A stretch of 64,000 nt of DNA from contig CAUWGM010000010.1 in assembly GCA_963558435.1 (NCBI GenBank), positions 1,432-65,431 of the forward strand, given 5' to 3'. The stretch is from an uncultured Collinsella sp. (lineage in GTDB: Bacteria > Actinomycetota > Coriobacteriia > Coriobacteriales > Coriobacteriaceae). A program made the position numbers and the translations under genes. The first letter of the stretch is position 1, and each line of letters starts with the position of its first letter. This document shows positions 35,439 through 44,198 of this stretch, piece after piece. Below the pieces are notes generated by a model. The model was not told where the DNA came from. It did no database searches and saw only the letters and a program-made list of their open reading frames with translations.

Positions 35439-35545
35439 CTCGTCCCCCTTCCGAGGCCGCCGCCAAACTCCTGTTCCCAGCATTCTACCCCGCCGAGGGG
35501 ACGCGCACCTTGACAGCAGCATACGACCGCAAAGGACATGCGCCC
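35372..35545. repeat. 174-bp inverted repeat, left arm (partner 39946-40119)
   Basis: By eye the reverse complement of 35372-35545 matches 39946-40119 throughout. The ORF-track translations of both arms are identical (MSFAVVCCCQGARPLGGVECWEQEFGGGLGRGTRWASSSISGSIPATVPTGAALRA). Confidence 0.85.
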
Positions 35546-36078
35546 GCGCAGTTCACTGCGGCGACGGCGACTGCAAGCCACATCGGGGTGCGGGCGTCGC
35601 CGCGGGCGCGCACGACGGTGCCGGCGGCGGAGAGCAGGAAGGCGCCGGGCAGCCCCGCCGCCCAGACCCGCGTGTACGCCGCGGCGTCCGCGAGCGCGTC
35701 TGCCGGGACGCCGAGCGCGCCGTAGAGCGAGCCGGCGAGGAGCGCGCAGGGCAGCGCGACGGCGGCCGAGAGCACGAGCGCAGCAAGGAGCGCCGCCCCC
35801 TCCGCGCGGGAGGCGCCGTCCCTCTCGCCCGCCCCGAGGCGGCGCGAGACGAGCACCGTGGCGCCCACGGAAAGGCCGAGCGAGAGCGAGTCGGCCACGA
35901 AGCCGACCATCGTGGCGTGGGCGAGGGCGGCGAGCCCCCGCTCCCCGACGAACGCCCCCACGACGAGCATGTCCACGACCTGGTCGGCGGACTGCAGGAG
36001 GTTGGCGCCGAGCGCCGGCAGCGCGAAGCACGCGAGGTTCGCGGCCGGGCGGCCGCGGAGGAAGTCTATTTCCCTCAT
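35485..36078 (-). pseudogene. MATE-family efflux transporter, N-terminal ~180 aa only, truncated at the repeat boundary (35545)
   Basis: MREIDFLRGRPAANLACFALPALGANLLQSADQVVDMLVVGAFVGERGLAALA... is MATE-like. Homology ends where the 174-bp repeat begins. Confidence 0.6.
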
Positions 36079-36484
36079 TGGTTGTTCCTTTGCACGATCG
36101 AGACGAAAAGGGCCGCGGCAGCGAAGCCGTGGCCCCGGGGCTCGAACCGTGCGCGCACGAACGCATCGGCCAGCGGAGACTGGTCGTCAGCGTGCGCAGG
36201 TTGTACCGTCAGCTCCTCGCGACTTCCTGCCTAACATCACGGGGAGCGGCTCCAATCTGGAACTCGCCGATCTCTAGGTACAAAGAACACCTTTCCAACT
36301 GTAGTAGGGAATAGAGGCATTCTACCGTCATGCCCTGCTGAAGACAACGCGCGTCGGCGGGGCATGACGCAGCGAAACGCAGTCGCGCGCATGGCATTCA
36401 GGCGCATGACGGCCCCAAATGAAAGAGGTCTGGCCTCCGTCCATGCAGCAAAATGAAACGGCCGAATCATGCGAAGGAGCGAGC

Positions 36485-36910
36485 ATGAGTATTCCAACTC
36501 GCCAGGCACTCCCGCCCGAAAACTACCTAATCCTTCTTGGTGCGTCCCTCTGCGTCTTCAGCTCTAACAACGCCTTCGTCATCGAGAACATCCTCAGAAT
36601 AGACAGGTCGAACCTGGCCTGGCACGACCTCATCGACCTCGAGTCCGGTCAGCTAAAGCCCCATGTCGCTCGCACCATCACGAAGAAGTCTGGCGACAGC
36701 TCCATTGCGAGCCTCTTCAACGAGATCGTCTCCATGCGAAACCGCATCATCCACAGTCTCCAGATAACCGCAGAGGATGGCACGCAGGTGCTTGCCACCA
36801 AGGTCAAAAAGACACACGAGCAGTTCCGCATCACAGAGGATTACCTCGTATCATTCCTCAAGCAGAATGAAGAGCTTAGCGACTTGCTGCACGAGTACAG
36901 GGGATACTAA
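36485..36910 (+). CDS. HEPN-like (Rx4H) protein
   Basis: Met at 36485 after GAAGGAG. ...SSIASLFNEIVSMRNRIIHSLQ contains R-N-R-I-I-H. AT-richer than its surroundings. Confidence 0.5.
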   Translation: MSIPTRQALPPENYLILLGASLCVFSSNNAFVIENILRIDRSNLAWHDLIDLESGQLKPHVARTITKKSGDSSIASLFNEIVSMRNRIIHSLQITAEDGTQVLATKVKKTHEQFRITEDYLVSFLKQNEELSDLLHEYRGY

Positions 36911-36986
36911 CCCCCCGCGTCTCAAGTGTGTCCCGCCCGGATAACCCCCGCGGAGCGTTTGTTTTGACAATTTGTCAAGCCAGCAC

Positions 36987-37082
36987 TTAGCCCACCTCCC
37001 TCCGGCCTACGTTGCCCGCCGCCATGCAGCACGCGCAGGCGATGAGCGCGGCCGCGAACAAGAGGGCCCCGTGACGGTCCAT
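36987..37082 (-). CDS. 31-aa hydrophobic Cys-rich peptide
   Basis: Below the track's length cutoff. MDRHGALLFAAALIACACCMAAGNVGRREVG. Paralogous to the tail of ORF 39696..39953. Confidence 0.35.
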   Translation of the reverse strand: MDRHGALLFAAALIACACCMAAGNVGRREVG

Positions 37083-37139
37083 ACGATTACGCTCCCGTCG
37101 ATTCATGAAATAGATTTGTTGACCGTCTTCTAAAATCGG

Positions 37140-37149
37140 GTCAATTGAC
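37140..37149. promoter_or_regulatory. Perfect 10-bp palindrome GTCAATTGAC, candidate TetR operator
   Basis: Lies between the divergent small ORF and tetR, 43 nt upstream of the GTG at 37192. A flanking 7-bp inverted pair, TGACCGT (37120-37126) and ACGGTCA (37171-37177), brackets it. Confidence 0.4.
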
Positions 37150-37191
37150 TAACCTTTGATTTGCAATCAACGGTCACGGGAAGGAGGCGGC

Positions 37192-37821
37192 GTGGCAGAG
37201 GGCAAGCCGCACGAGGGCACCTTGGAAAGCGAGCGGGAAGAAGCCGTGCTCGACGCGGCACTCGACGTGTTCGGCCGCGACGGGTACCGCCGCGCGCACA
37301 CCGAGGAGATCGCACGGCGCGCGGGAATGTCGAAGGGGCTCCTCTTCTACTACTTTTCCAGCAAGGAGCGGCTCTACCGCAGGACGGCGGAGTGGCTCAC
37401 CGAACGGGTCGAGCGCATCGTGCTCGACGAGGAGTACTGGGAGATAGACGACTTCTTCGAGCTCATGCTCTACGTCGCGCGCAAGAGCCGCGACGTGCTC
37501 GCGCGCTCCCCGCGCTTCACCGAGTTCTCCATCGGGTTCTACTACCCCGATCGCTCGAACGGGCACGGCGCGATGTCGGCCTGGCTCGCCGCGCAGGCGG
37601 ACGAGGCTGCGGCACGCTACTTCAAAAACGTCCGCCTCGACCGGTTTAGAGGCGCGGACGGGGCGGGGCGGGCGATGGAGCTCCTCGCATGGCTGACCGA
37701 CGGGTGGCTGCACCAACGCCGCATGGCCGGGGAGCGAGCCGACCTCGCGGCGCTTTGCGAGGAGATAGAGGAGTGGTGCGCGATGCTCCGCTCCTGGCTG
37801 TACAAGGAGGAATACCTGTGA
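37192..37821 (+). CDS. TetR/AcrR-family regulator
   Basis: GTG after GGAAGGAGG. AVLDAALDVFGRDGYRRAHTEEIARRAGMSKGLLFYYFSSKERLY. Confidence 0.85.
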   Translation: MAEGKPHEGTLESEREEAVLDAALDVFGRDGYRRAHTEEIARRAGMSKGLLFYYFSSKERLYRRTAEWLTERVERIVLDEEYWEIDDFFELMLYVARKSRDVLARSPRFTEFSIGFYYPDRSNGHGAMSAWLAAQADEAAARYFKNVRLDRFRGADGAGRAMELLAWLTDGWLHQRRMAGERADLAALCEEIEEWCAMLRSWLYKEEYL

Positions 37822-38768
37822 GAAACGGCAAGGCGCCCACGATCGAGATGCGCGGGCTCACGAAGGACTACGGGGAGGGACGCGGCCTCTTCGAAGCCGA
37901 CCTTGCGGTCGGGCCCGGAGAGGTCGTTGGGTTCCTCGGCGCGAACGGGGCGGGCAAGACCGTCACGATGCGCCTGCTGATGGGCTTCATCCGTCCGAAC
38001 GCCGGCAGTGCCTCGATATGCGGCCTCGACTGCCTGGAGGACCGTCCGCAGGCGCAGGCGGCGATCGGCTACCTGCCGGGCGAGATCGCACTTCCGCGAA
38101 CCATGCGCGCGCGGGACTTCCTCGACTACATGGCAGAGCTGCGCGGCATCGACGACCCGGGTAGAAGGCGCGCGCTTGAGGCCCGCTTCGAGCTCGACAC
38201 CTCGGCGCGCATAGGGTCCATGTCCAAGGGCACCAAGCAGAAGGTCGCCATCGTGAGCGCGTTCATGGGCGCGCCGCGGGTGCTGCTGCTCGACGAGCCC
38301 ACGAGCGGCCTCGACCCGCTCATGCAGGCGCGCTTCGACGAGCTGGTGGCCGAGGAGCGGGGCCGTGGGGCAGCGGTGCTACTCTCCTCGCACGTATTCG
38401 GCGAGGTGGAGCGCACCTGCGACCGCGTCGCGTTCATCCGCCGCGGGCGCGTCTCCGAACCCGTTGTAACGCAGGAGATGAAACGGGGCAGGCGAAAGAG
38501 GCTGCGCGCGACCTTCGCCGACGCAGCGGAGGCGAGGGCGTTCCTCGAGGAGGGTGCCGGAGCGGGCTGGACGGCAAGGCCGGGGACGGGACCGAATGCA
38601 GTCGAGGTCGAAGTGACGGGCTCCATGGAGGGGCTCGTGCGCAGCCTCGGCGGCAGGCGCGTCACCGACATCGAGACGCGGGAGCAGCCGCTCGAGGAGA
38701 TGTTCTTCCATATCTATTCGCAGGGAAACGGGCAGGCCAATCCCTGCGGGAAGGGGGTGGCGCGATGA
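37818..38768 (+). CDS. ABC transporter ATP-binding protein
   Basis: GANGAGKT Walker A, LSKGTKQK-like signature (MSKGTKQKV), LLLDEPTSGLD. The GTGA start overlaps the tetR stop. Confidence 0.85.
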   Translation: MRNGKAPTIEMRGLTKDYGEGRGLFEADLAVGPGEVVGFLGANGAGKTVTMRLLMGFIRPNAGSASICGLDCLEDRPQAQAAIGYLPGEIALPRTMRARDFLDYMAELRGIDDPGRRRALEARFELDTSARIGSMSKGTKQKVAIVSAFMGAPRVLLLDEPTSGLDPLMQARFDELVAEERGRGAAVLLSSHVFGEVERTCDRVAFIRRGRVSEPVVTQEMKRGRRKRLRATFADAAEARAFLEEGAGAGWTARPGTGPNAVEVEVTGSMEGLVRSLGGRRVTDIETREQPLEEMFFHIYSQGNGQANPCGKGVAR

Positions 38769-39562
38769 TTCGGGCCGTTTTCGCAAGGGAGCTCCGCGGG
38801 AGCCTAGGGGCGTTGGCCGTCGTGTCCGCCTCGCTCGCGTGCTGCGCCGTGGCGATCACGAGCATGTTCAGCCCCGAGACCGCGCGGATGCTCGAGGACC
38901 TCAAGGCGGCGATGCCCGAGCTCTACGACGCTTTCGGCATGGGCAACGACACCTCGACGCTCACGGGCTTCCTCCTCAACTACCTCTACGGGTTCCTGTT
39001 CACGCTCGGGCCCTTGGCACTCACCCTGCTCGCCGTGAGCCGCTCGGCGGTGCGCCCGGCCGCGACCGGCGAGCTCGCGAACGTGCTGGCGAGCCCGCAC
39101 TCCAAAAGCACAGTGGCGGCATCCATCGCGGCGGCGGTCATCGCCTCCGTCCTCGCGGCGACCGCGATCTCCGGCCTCGCCGCCGTCATCGCCGCGGAGG
39201 CCCTCTTCCCCGGCGTGCTCGACCTCGCGGCGATGGCGCGCGTCAACCTGGGCCTGCTCGCCTTCCAGCTCTTCATGGCCGGCATCTGCCTGCTTTCGGC
39301 CCTAGCGCTTCGCCGCCCGTCGGCGGCGCTCTGGGCGGGCGGAGGGCTCTGCCTCGCCGAGTACCTCGTCCAGATGGTCGCCCAGATTTCCGGCACGGAG
39401 AGCTGGGGGCGCTTCCTCACGTTCTTCTCGCTCTTCGACCCCTACGCGCTCGCCGCGAGCGACGCGGGCGCCATCGGGGCAGCGGTGTGCCTCGCGCTCC
39501 TCGGGGCGGCGCTCACCGCGGGGGCGGTCGCGGCGTTCTCCCGACGCGACCTCTGCCTATAA
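38765..39562 (+). CDS. ABC-2-type permease
   Basis: 265 aa, multiple hydrophobic segments, ATGA overlap with the ATPase gene. Confidence 0.7.
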   Translation: MIRAVFARELRGSLGALAVVSASLACCAVAITSMFSPETARMLEDLKAAMPELYDAFGMGNDTSTLTGFLLNYLYGFLFTLGPLALTLLAVSRSAVRPAATGELANVLASPHSKSTVAASIAAAVIASVLAATAISGLAAVIAAEALFPGVLDLAAMARVNLGLLAFQLFMAGICLLSALALRRPSAALWAGGGLCLAEYLVQMVAQISGTESWGRFLTFFSLFDPYALAASDAGAIGAAVCLALLGAALTAGAVAAFSRRDLCL

Positions 39563-39695
39563 GGCGGCGTCACATGGGCCGGGCGCCAACCGATAATCCC
39601 CACGACGCCCGGCTCGCCATGAGATGGACGGGGCCCCGCCGAAGAACTTCTCCTCGGCGGGGCTCCCTGCCATGACGAGTTGTCACGGCGCGTAT

Positions 39696-39815
39696 CTATT
39701 CGTTCCCCTCTTCAATCCGATCGGCGTTCCCCGCCGCCACGCAGCACGCGTAGGCGACGAGCGTGACCGTCGAGGAGAGGACCGCCGTGACGGCGCAGGC
39801 GATCACGGCCCCCAT
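39696..39815 (-). CDS. 39-aa hydrophobic Cys-rich peptide
   Basis: Internal Met after AAGGGGG: MGAVIACAVTAVLSSTVTLVAYACCVAAGNADRIEEGNE. Shares the A-C-x-C-C-x-A-A-G-N core with the peptide at 36987-37082. Confidence 0.35.
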   Translation of the reverse strand: MGAVIACAVTAVLSSTVTLVAYACCVAAGNADRIEEGNE

Positions 39816-39945
39816 CGCCTCGCCCCCTTCGTTCCGGCCTTGGGGCGGAGGGTGCCGCGCGCGGCCGCTCGGCGTCGCCGGCACGGCGGCGGGCGCCGAG
39901 CGCGATGGCCCCTCCCACGCACGCGACCGCGCCCGGCGCGCTGCC

Positions 39946-40119
39946 GGGCGCATGTCCTTTGCGGTCGTATGCTGCTGTCAAGGTGCGCGTCCCCTCGGCG
40001 GGGTAGAATGCTGGGAACAGGAGTTTGGCGGCGGCCTCGGAAGGGGGACGAGATGGGCGTCTTCGAGCATTTCAGGGAGCATCCCGGCGACCGTCCCTAC
40101 CGGCGCTGCCCTGCGTGCG
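39946..40119. repeat. 174-bp inverted repeat, right arm
   Basis: See 35372-35545. Confidence 0.85.
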
Positions 40120-40204
40120 ATGCGTGCGCTCGAATCAGCCATCTCGAGCAACTCCTTCGAGTCGATTCGAAGCGCAATCCCCACGGCCGCCGAGAGGGGC
40201 CTCG

Positions 40205-40468
40205 TCACTCCCCGGCGCCACCGAAACGCTCCCGGCGCGATTCCGCGCCCTCAGCCTTCTCGGACCTACCCGCTATGTAGTCGTCCAGCGCCGAGTGCCT
40301 CACGCGCACAAGCCTTCCGACCCTTACCGAGGCGATAACCCCATCGCTCACGAGCTTGTACGCCATAGTCCTCGGGACGTCCAGCACCCGCTGGACGTCC
40401 CGGACCCGCAGCAGCTCGTCAGCGCTTGCGACCTTCTCGGACCGGGTCCCCGCGTCGACCTCACCCAT
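40205..40468 (-). CDS. Excisionase-family (MerR-like) HTH protein
   Basis: LLRVRDVQRVLDVPRTMAYKLVSDGVIASVRVGRLVRVRHSALDDYI. RBS GGAAGGAGGA. Confidence 0.7.
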   Translation of the reverse strand: MGEVDAGTRSEKVASADELLRVRDVQRVLDVPRTMAYKLVSDGVIASVRVGRLVRVRHSALDDYIAGRSEKAEGAESRRERFGGAGE

Positions 40469-40729
40469 GCGTCCTCCTTCCCGGCGGCGTCTGACCGTGT
40501 CGCCACGTCACTGCGGATGCCGTGGCGTGCCGCCCTGTGCCAGATGATGACGCCCGGGGCGAGGGGCTTGGCCGAGGCCGTCGCGGCGCGTCGCGGCAAG
40601 TCCCCGGTGGTCGAGGATTCACCGAACGGACACGTGAGCGCGCGTGACCCGGCTGCGTCAGCTCCGAATTCGATTGTATGGGTGCGGGGAATAATCGTCT
40701 GTACTATTTACCTGCGTGTATGGCGAGAT

Positions 40730-40767
40730 TTGAGTTCATTTTTCTCGTTGAGTTCAAATTGAGTTCC
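40730..40767. repeat. Three TTGAGTTC(A/C) repeats (reverse complement of GAACTCAA); inverted partners at 29231-29251
   Basis: Copies at 40730-40738, 40748-40757 and 40759-40767, versus two TTGAACTCAA copies at 29231-29240 and 29242-29251. Confidence 0.6.
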
Positions 40768-40935
40768 AACTCTCGCGCCAGAGCTCCCGCGCGCGGCCCG
40801 CTCGGTTATGCACGTTGTCCCGCGCGTCCCGGAGCCCTCCCGTGGCGTCCGCGCCGTCGCGCCGCGTCGCGCCCCGTGCCGCCGCGTATCGTGTCGTTTT
40901 CTTCTGATTTGGCGCTCTACCAGCGCATATATAGG

Positions 40936-40974
40936 ACAAAGGGCCTTCTGTCGCGCTTGACGGAAGGCCCTTTT
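40936..40974 (-). terminator. Hairpin downstream of the present guaA stop, supplied by the island side
   Basis: AAGGGCCTTC-N14-GAAGGCCCTT with short T runs on both sides. Confidence 0.4.
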
Positions 40975-41097
40975 CCACGGTTCTCTGAGTTCCGGTGTGC
41001 TGGCGGCTTGCTCGCTATCGGCGGACGGAATGATACAGAATGGTACGAGTTTTAATCATACGGATAGTCCAAAAATACGAACATCTGTACGGTATTT

Positions 41098-42705
41098 TTA
41101 CTCCCACTCGATCGTCGCGGGAGGCTTGCTCGTGATGTCGTACGCCACGCGGTTGATGCCGGGGACCTCGGCCACGATGCGTCCGGAGATGCGCGCGAGC
41201 ACCTCGTAGGGCAGGCGCGCCCAGTCGGCGGTCATGGCGTCGCTGGACTCCACGGCGCGCAGGATCACGGGGCGGGCGTAGGTGCGCTCGTCGCCCATCA
41301 CGCCCACGGACTTGATGTCGGGCAGCACGCAGAAGTACTGCCAGCAGGAATGCTCGGAGTTGCGCTCACCGGTCTGCTCGAAGAGGCGCGCGTTGTAGGC
41401 GTCCAACTCCTCGCGCACGATGGCGTCGGCGTTCTTCAAGATCTCGAGCTTCTCGGGGCTCACCGCGCCGATGATGCGGATGGCCAAGCCCGGGCCCGGG
41501 AACGGCTGGCGGTACACGATGTGCTCGGGCAACCCCAACGCCAGGCCGAGCTCGCGCACCTCATCCTTGAAGCAGTGGTCAAGCGGCTCGATCAGATCGA
41601 AGTGCACGCCATCGGGGAACGGGATGAGGTTGTGGTGGCTTTTGATGGTGGCCGTCTTGCCGCCCGTCTTGCGCGCGCCACTCTCGATGATGTCCGGGTA
41701 GATGGTGCCCTGGGCCAGGTACTTCACCGGTCGGCCATCTTGCTCGAGCTCCTTGGCCACGGCGAAGAACTCGTTCCAGAACTGCGTGCCGATGATGCGG
41801 CGCTTCTCCTCCGGGTCGGTCACGCCGTCGAGCAGCGCGGCATAGCGCTCCTCGGCGTGCACGTGCACGAAGTCGACGTCGAACTGCTTGGTGAAGACCT
41901 CCTCCACCTGCTCGGGCTCGCCACGGCGCAGAAGACCATGGTTGATGAACACGCAGGTCATCTGACGTCCCACGGCGCGCGCGCCCAGCGCGGCAACCAC
42001 GGAGGAATCCACGCCGCCGGATAGCGCCAGGATCACGCGGTCATCGCCCACGGCGGCGCGGAACTCGTCCGTCATCGTCTCCACCAGGTTGTCCATGGTC
42101 CACGTGGCCTCAAGGCCGCAGATGTCGAACAGGAAGTTACGGAGCAGCTGCTGGCCGTACTCGGTGTGCTTGACCTCGGGATGGAACTGCGTTGTGTAGA
42201 TGCGACGCTCGGCGTCCTCCATGGCGGCAACCGGGCACACGGAGGTGCTCGCCGTCACGGTGAAGCCCTGGGGCACGGTGGACACGGCGTCACGGTGGCT
42301 CATCCACACGGTCTGCTCGATCGGTGTGGCGTTGAACAGCGCGCTCTCACGGTCGCGCTCGATGGTGGCCGGGCCGTACTCGCCGATCTCGGAATGGCCC
42401 ACCTCGCCGCCGAGCGTCACGGCGGTCACCTGATGGCCGTAGCAGAAGCCCAGAATGGGCAGGCCCAGGTCGTAGATAGCCGGGTCCACCGTGGGCGCGT
42501 CCTCGGCGTACACCGACGCGGGGCCGCCGGACAAGATGAGCGCGGCAGGCGCCATGGCGCGCACCTCGTCGGCGGAAATGTCGCACGGCACGATCTCGGA
42601 ATACACGTGCAGGTCGCGCACGCGACGGGCGATAAGCTGCGCGTACTGCGCGCCAAAGTCAAAAACGAGGACCTTCGCCTCGCCATGCAATCCGTTCTGA
42701 GACAT
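41098..42705 (-). CDS. guaA: GMP synthase (glutamine-hydrolysing)
   Basis: MSQNGLHGEAKVLVFDFGAQYAQLIARRVR, GFCYGHQ, LSGGVDSSV, C-terminal ...PPATIEWE. Met at 42705 follows GAGAGGAG. Confidence 0.95.
   Translation of the reverse strand: MSQNGLHGEAKVLVFDFGAQYAQLIARRVRDLHVYSEIVPCDISADEVRAMAPAALILSGGPASVYAEDAPTVDPAIYDLGLPILGFCYGHQVTAVTLGGEVGHSEIGEYGPATIERDRESALFNATPIEQTVWMSHRDAVSTVPQGFTVTASTSVCPVAAMEDAERRIYTTQFHPEVKHTEYGQQLLRNFLFDICGLEATWTMDNLVETMTDEFRAAVGDDRVILALSGGVDSSVVAALGARAVGRQMTCVFINHGLLRRGEPEQVEEVFTKQFDVDFVHVHAEERYAALLDGVTDPEEKRRIIGTQFWNEFFAVAKELEQDGRPVKYLAQGTIYPDIIESGARKTGGKTATIKSHHNLIPFPDGVHFDLIEPLDHCFKDEVRELGLALGLPEHIVYRQPFPGPGLAIRIIGAVSPEKLEILKNADAIVREELDAYNARLFEQTGERNSEHSCWQYFCVLPDIKSVGVMGDERTYARPVILRAVESSDAMTADWARLPYEVLARISGRIVAEVPGINRVAYDITSKPPATIEWE
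41099..41109. repeat. att core, right copy (TACTCCCACTC), inside the guaA 3' end
   Basis: See 29126-29136. Confidence 0.55.
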
Positions 42706-42969
42706 GGGTCTCCTCTCTACCGGATCGGGTTTCATAGCTCCTCGCCAACGTGCAATACGCAGGTCGCACGCTATGCAGGCGAAAATAACCGTCATATCAT
42801 ACACGTTTCGTATGGAACAGCAGTACATAGCTGCGCATATGCACACAGGCTACAAGTTGCCAGCTAGACGCCCCGCCCCGACCGCCGACCGCGGGCGCGC
42901 TCCACAACCCGCCCACGGCGTTGGCGTACAATAGCGCCCAGAAACCCGCAAGAAACGGATCGACGTACC

Positions 42970-44013
42970 ATGAAGAACATCTTGCTCGTCGCCACCGGCG
43001 GCACCATCGCCTCGGCAGAAGACGGCAACGGCCTCTCCCCCGCCCTCACCGGCGAGGAGCTCGCGCAAAGCGTCCCGCAGATCGCAGGCCTGTGCAATCT
43101 CGATATCGTGCAGCCGATGAACATCGACAGCACCAATATGCGCCCCTGCGACTGGGTCACCATCCGCGACGTCATCGTGGACTCCTACGACGACCACGAC
43201 GGATTCGTGATTCTGCACGGCACCGACACCATGTCCTACACGGCGGCCGCGCTGTCCTACCTCATCCAGAACAGCCACAAGCCCATCGTGCTCACCGGAT
43301 CCCAGCAGCCCATGGGCAATCCGTTCACCGACGCCAGGCTCAACCTCTACCAAAGCCTGCTCTACGCCATCGACGACCGCTCGCACGACGTGTCGATCGT
43401 CTTCGGCGGCAAGGCCATCGCCGGCACGCGCGCCCGCAAGCAGCGCACCATGAGCTTCAACGCGTTCATCAGCGTGAACTACCCGTCGCTCGCCTACATC
43501 CGCAACGACCGCATCATCCGCAGCGCCATCCTCCCCACCCCGGCAGAGATCGCGGCCGCCTGCCCCGCCATCCCGCCCATCGAGCCCACGTTGTACGACC
43601 GCATCGACGACCGCGTCTGCGTGCTCAAGCTCACGCCCGGCCTCACTCCAGCGGTGTTCGAGCTCCTCGCCCCCAGCTACGACGCCATCATCCTCGAGAC
43701 GTTCGGCATGGGCGGCATCCCCGAATACGGCGCGGACGCCACGCGCTCCTATCAGCGCGCGATCTTCGACTGGGTCGACTCGGGGCGCACGGTCGTGATG
43801 ACCACGCAGGTGCCCGAAGAAGGACTCGACCTGGGCGTATACGAGGTAGGCCGCGCCTATGCCGAACACCCCGGCATCCTGAAGGGCGACGACATGACCA
43901 CCGAGGCGCTCGTGGCCAAGACCATGTGGGCGCTCGGTCAGACGCGCGACGCCGAAGAGGTCCGCGAGCTCTTCCACCGCCCCGTCAACCACGACCGCAT
44001 CGCCAACGCATAG
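42970..44013 (+). CDS. ansA: L-asparaginase, type I
   Basis: ATGGTIAS, LHGTDTM. Confidence 0.85.
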   Translation: MKNILLVATGGTIASAEDGNGLSPALTGEELAQSVPQIAGLCNLDIVQPMNIDSTNMRPCDWVTIRDVIVDSYDDHDGFVILHGTDTMSYTAAALSYLIQNSHKPIVLTGSQQPMGNPFTDARLNLYQSLLYAIDDRSHDVSIVFGGKAIAGTRARKQRTMSFNAFISVNYPSLAYIRNDRIIRSAILPTPAEIAAACPAIPPIEPTLYDRIDDRVCVLKLTPGLTPAVFELLAPSYDAIILETFGMGGIPEYGADATRSYQRAIFDWVDSGRTVVMTTQVPEEGLDLGVYEVGRAYAEHPGILKGDDMTTEALVAKTMWALGQTRDAEEVRELFHRPVNHDRIANA

Positions 44014-44198
44014 CGCCCGCGCGCCCGCCGCGCCTGGTCGCGGCGTCCCCGGCGCGGTGCCGGCGCGCGCGGCAAGGCATCCGGGGCCGAGGCGCGCCCG
44101 CGCATCCCCGCAGCAGGCACCAGCGGAGCGCCCGGATATCAAAAACGGGTCCGTACTCGCACGAGGCAAGCACGGACCCGCAGCGCGAAACGCATGGG

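Larger units (their letters stand above)
29137..41098. mobile_element. ~12-kb integrative island inserted in the 3' end of guaA (possibly composite)
   Basis: Flanked by an 11-bp direct repeat, with the displaced terminator at the left end. Carries a tyrosine integrase, two Xis-like HTH genes, an XRE repressor and a MobC-like RHH. TGAACTCAA-type repeats lie near both ends in inverted orientation. The cargo is AT-richer. Confidence 0.6.

Noticed and set aside
34423-35466. 347-aa minus-strand ORF in the island
   Set aside because: Extremely Arg/Pro/Gly-rich with no motifs. It spans a terminator, a perfect palindrome and the start of the zinc-ribbon gene region. Treated as non-coding DNA.
36130-36200. 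tRNA-like GGGCTCGAACC (reverse complement of a T-arm GGTTCGAGCCC) near 36145
   Set aside because: I could not fold the flanks into a cloverleaf: the T-stem and acceptor stem do not pair. At most it is a degraded tRNA fragment, and that is not supportable.
41098-42846. 47-aa N-terminal extension of guaA, and similar upstream extensions of the CDF gene (to 51711) and parC (to 26087)
   Set aside because: Conserved family N-termini begin at internal starts that have good RBS. The extensions run through intergenic or repeat DNA.
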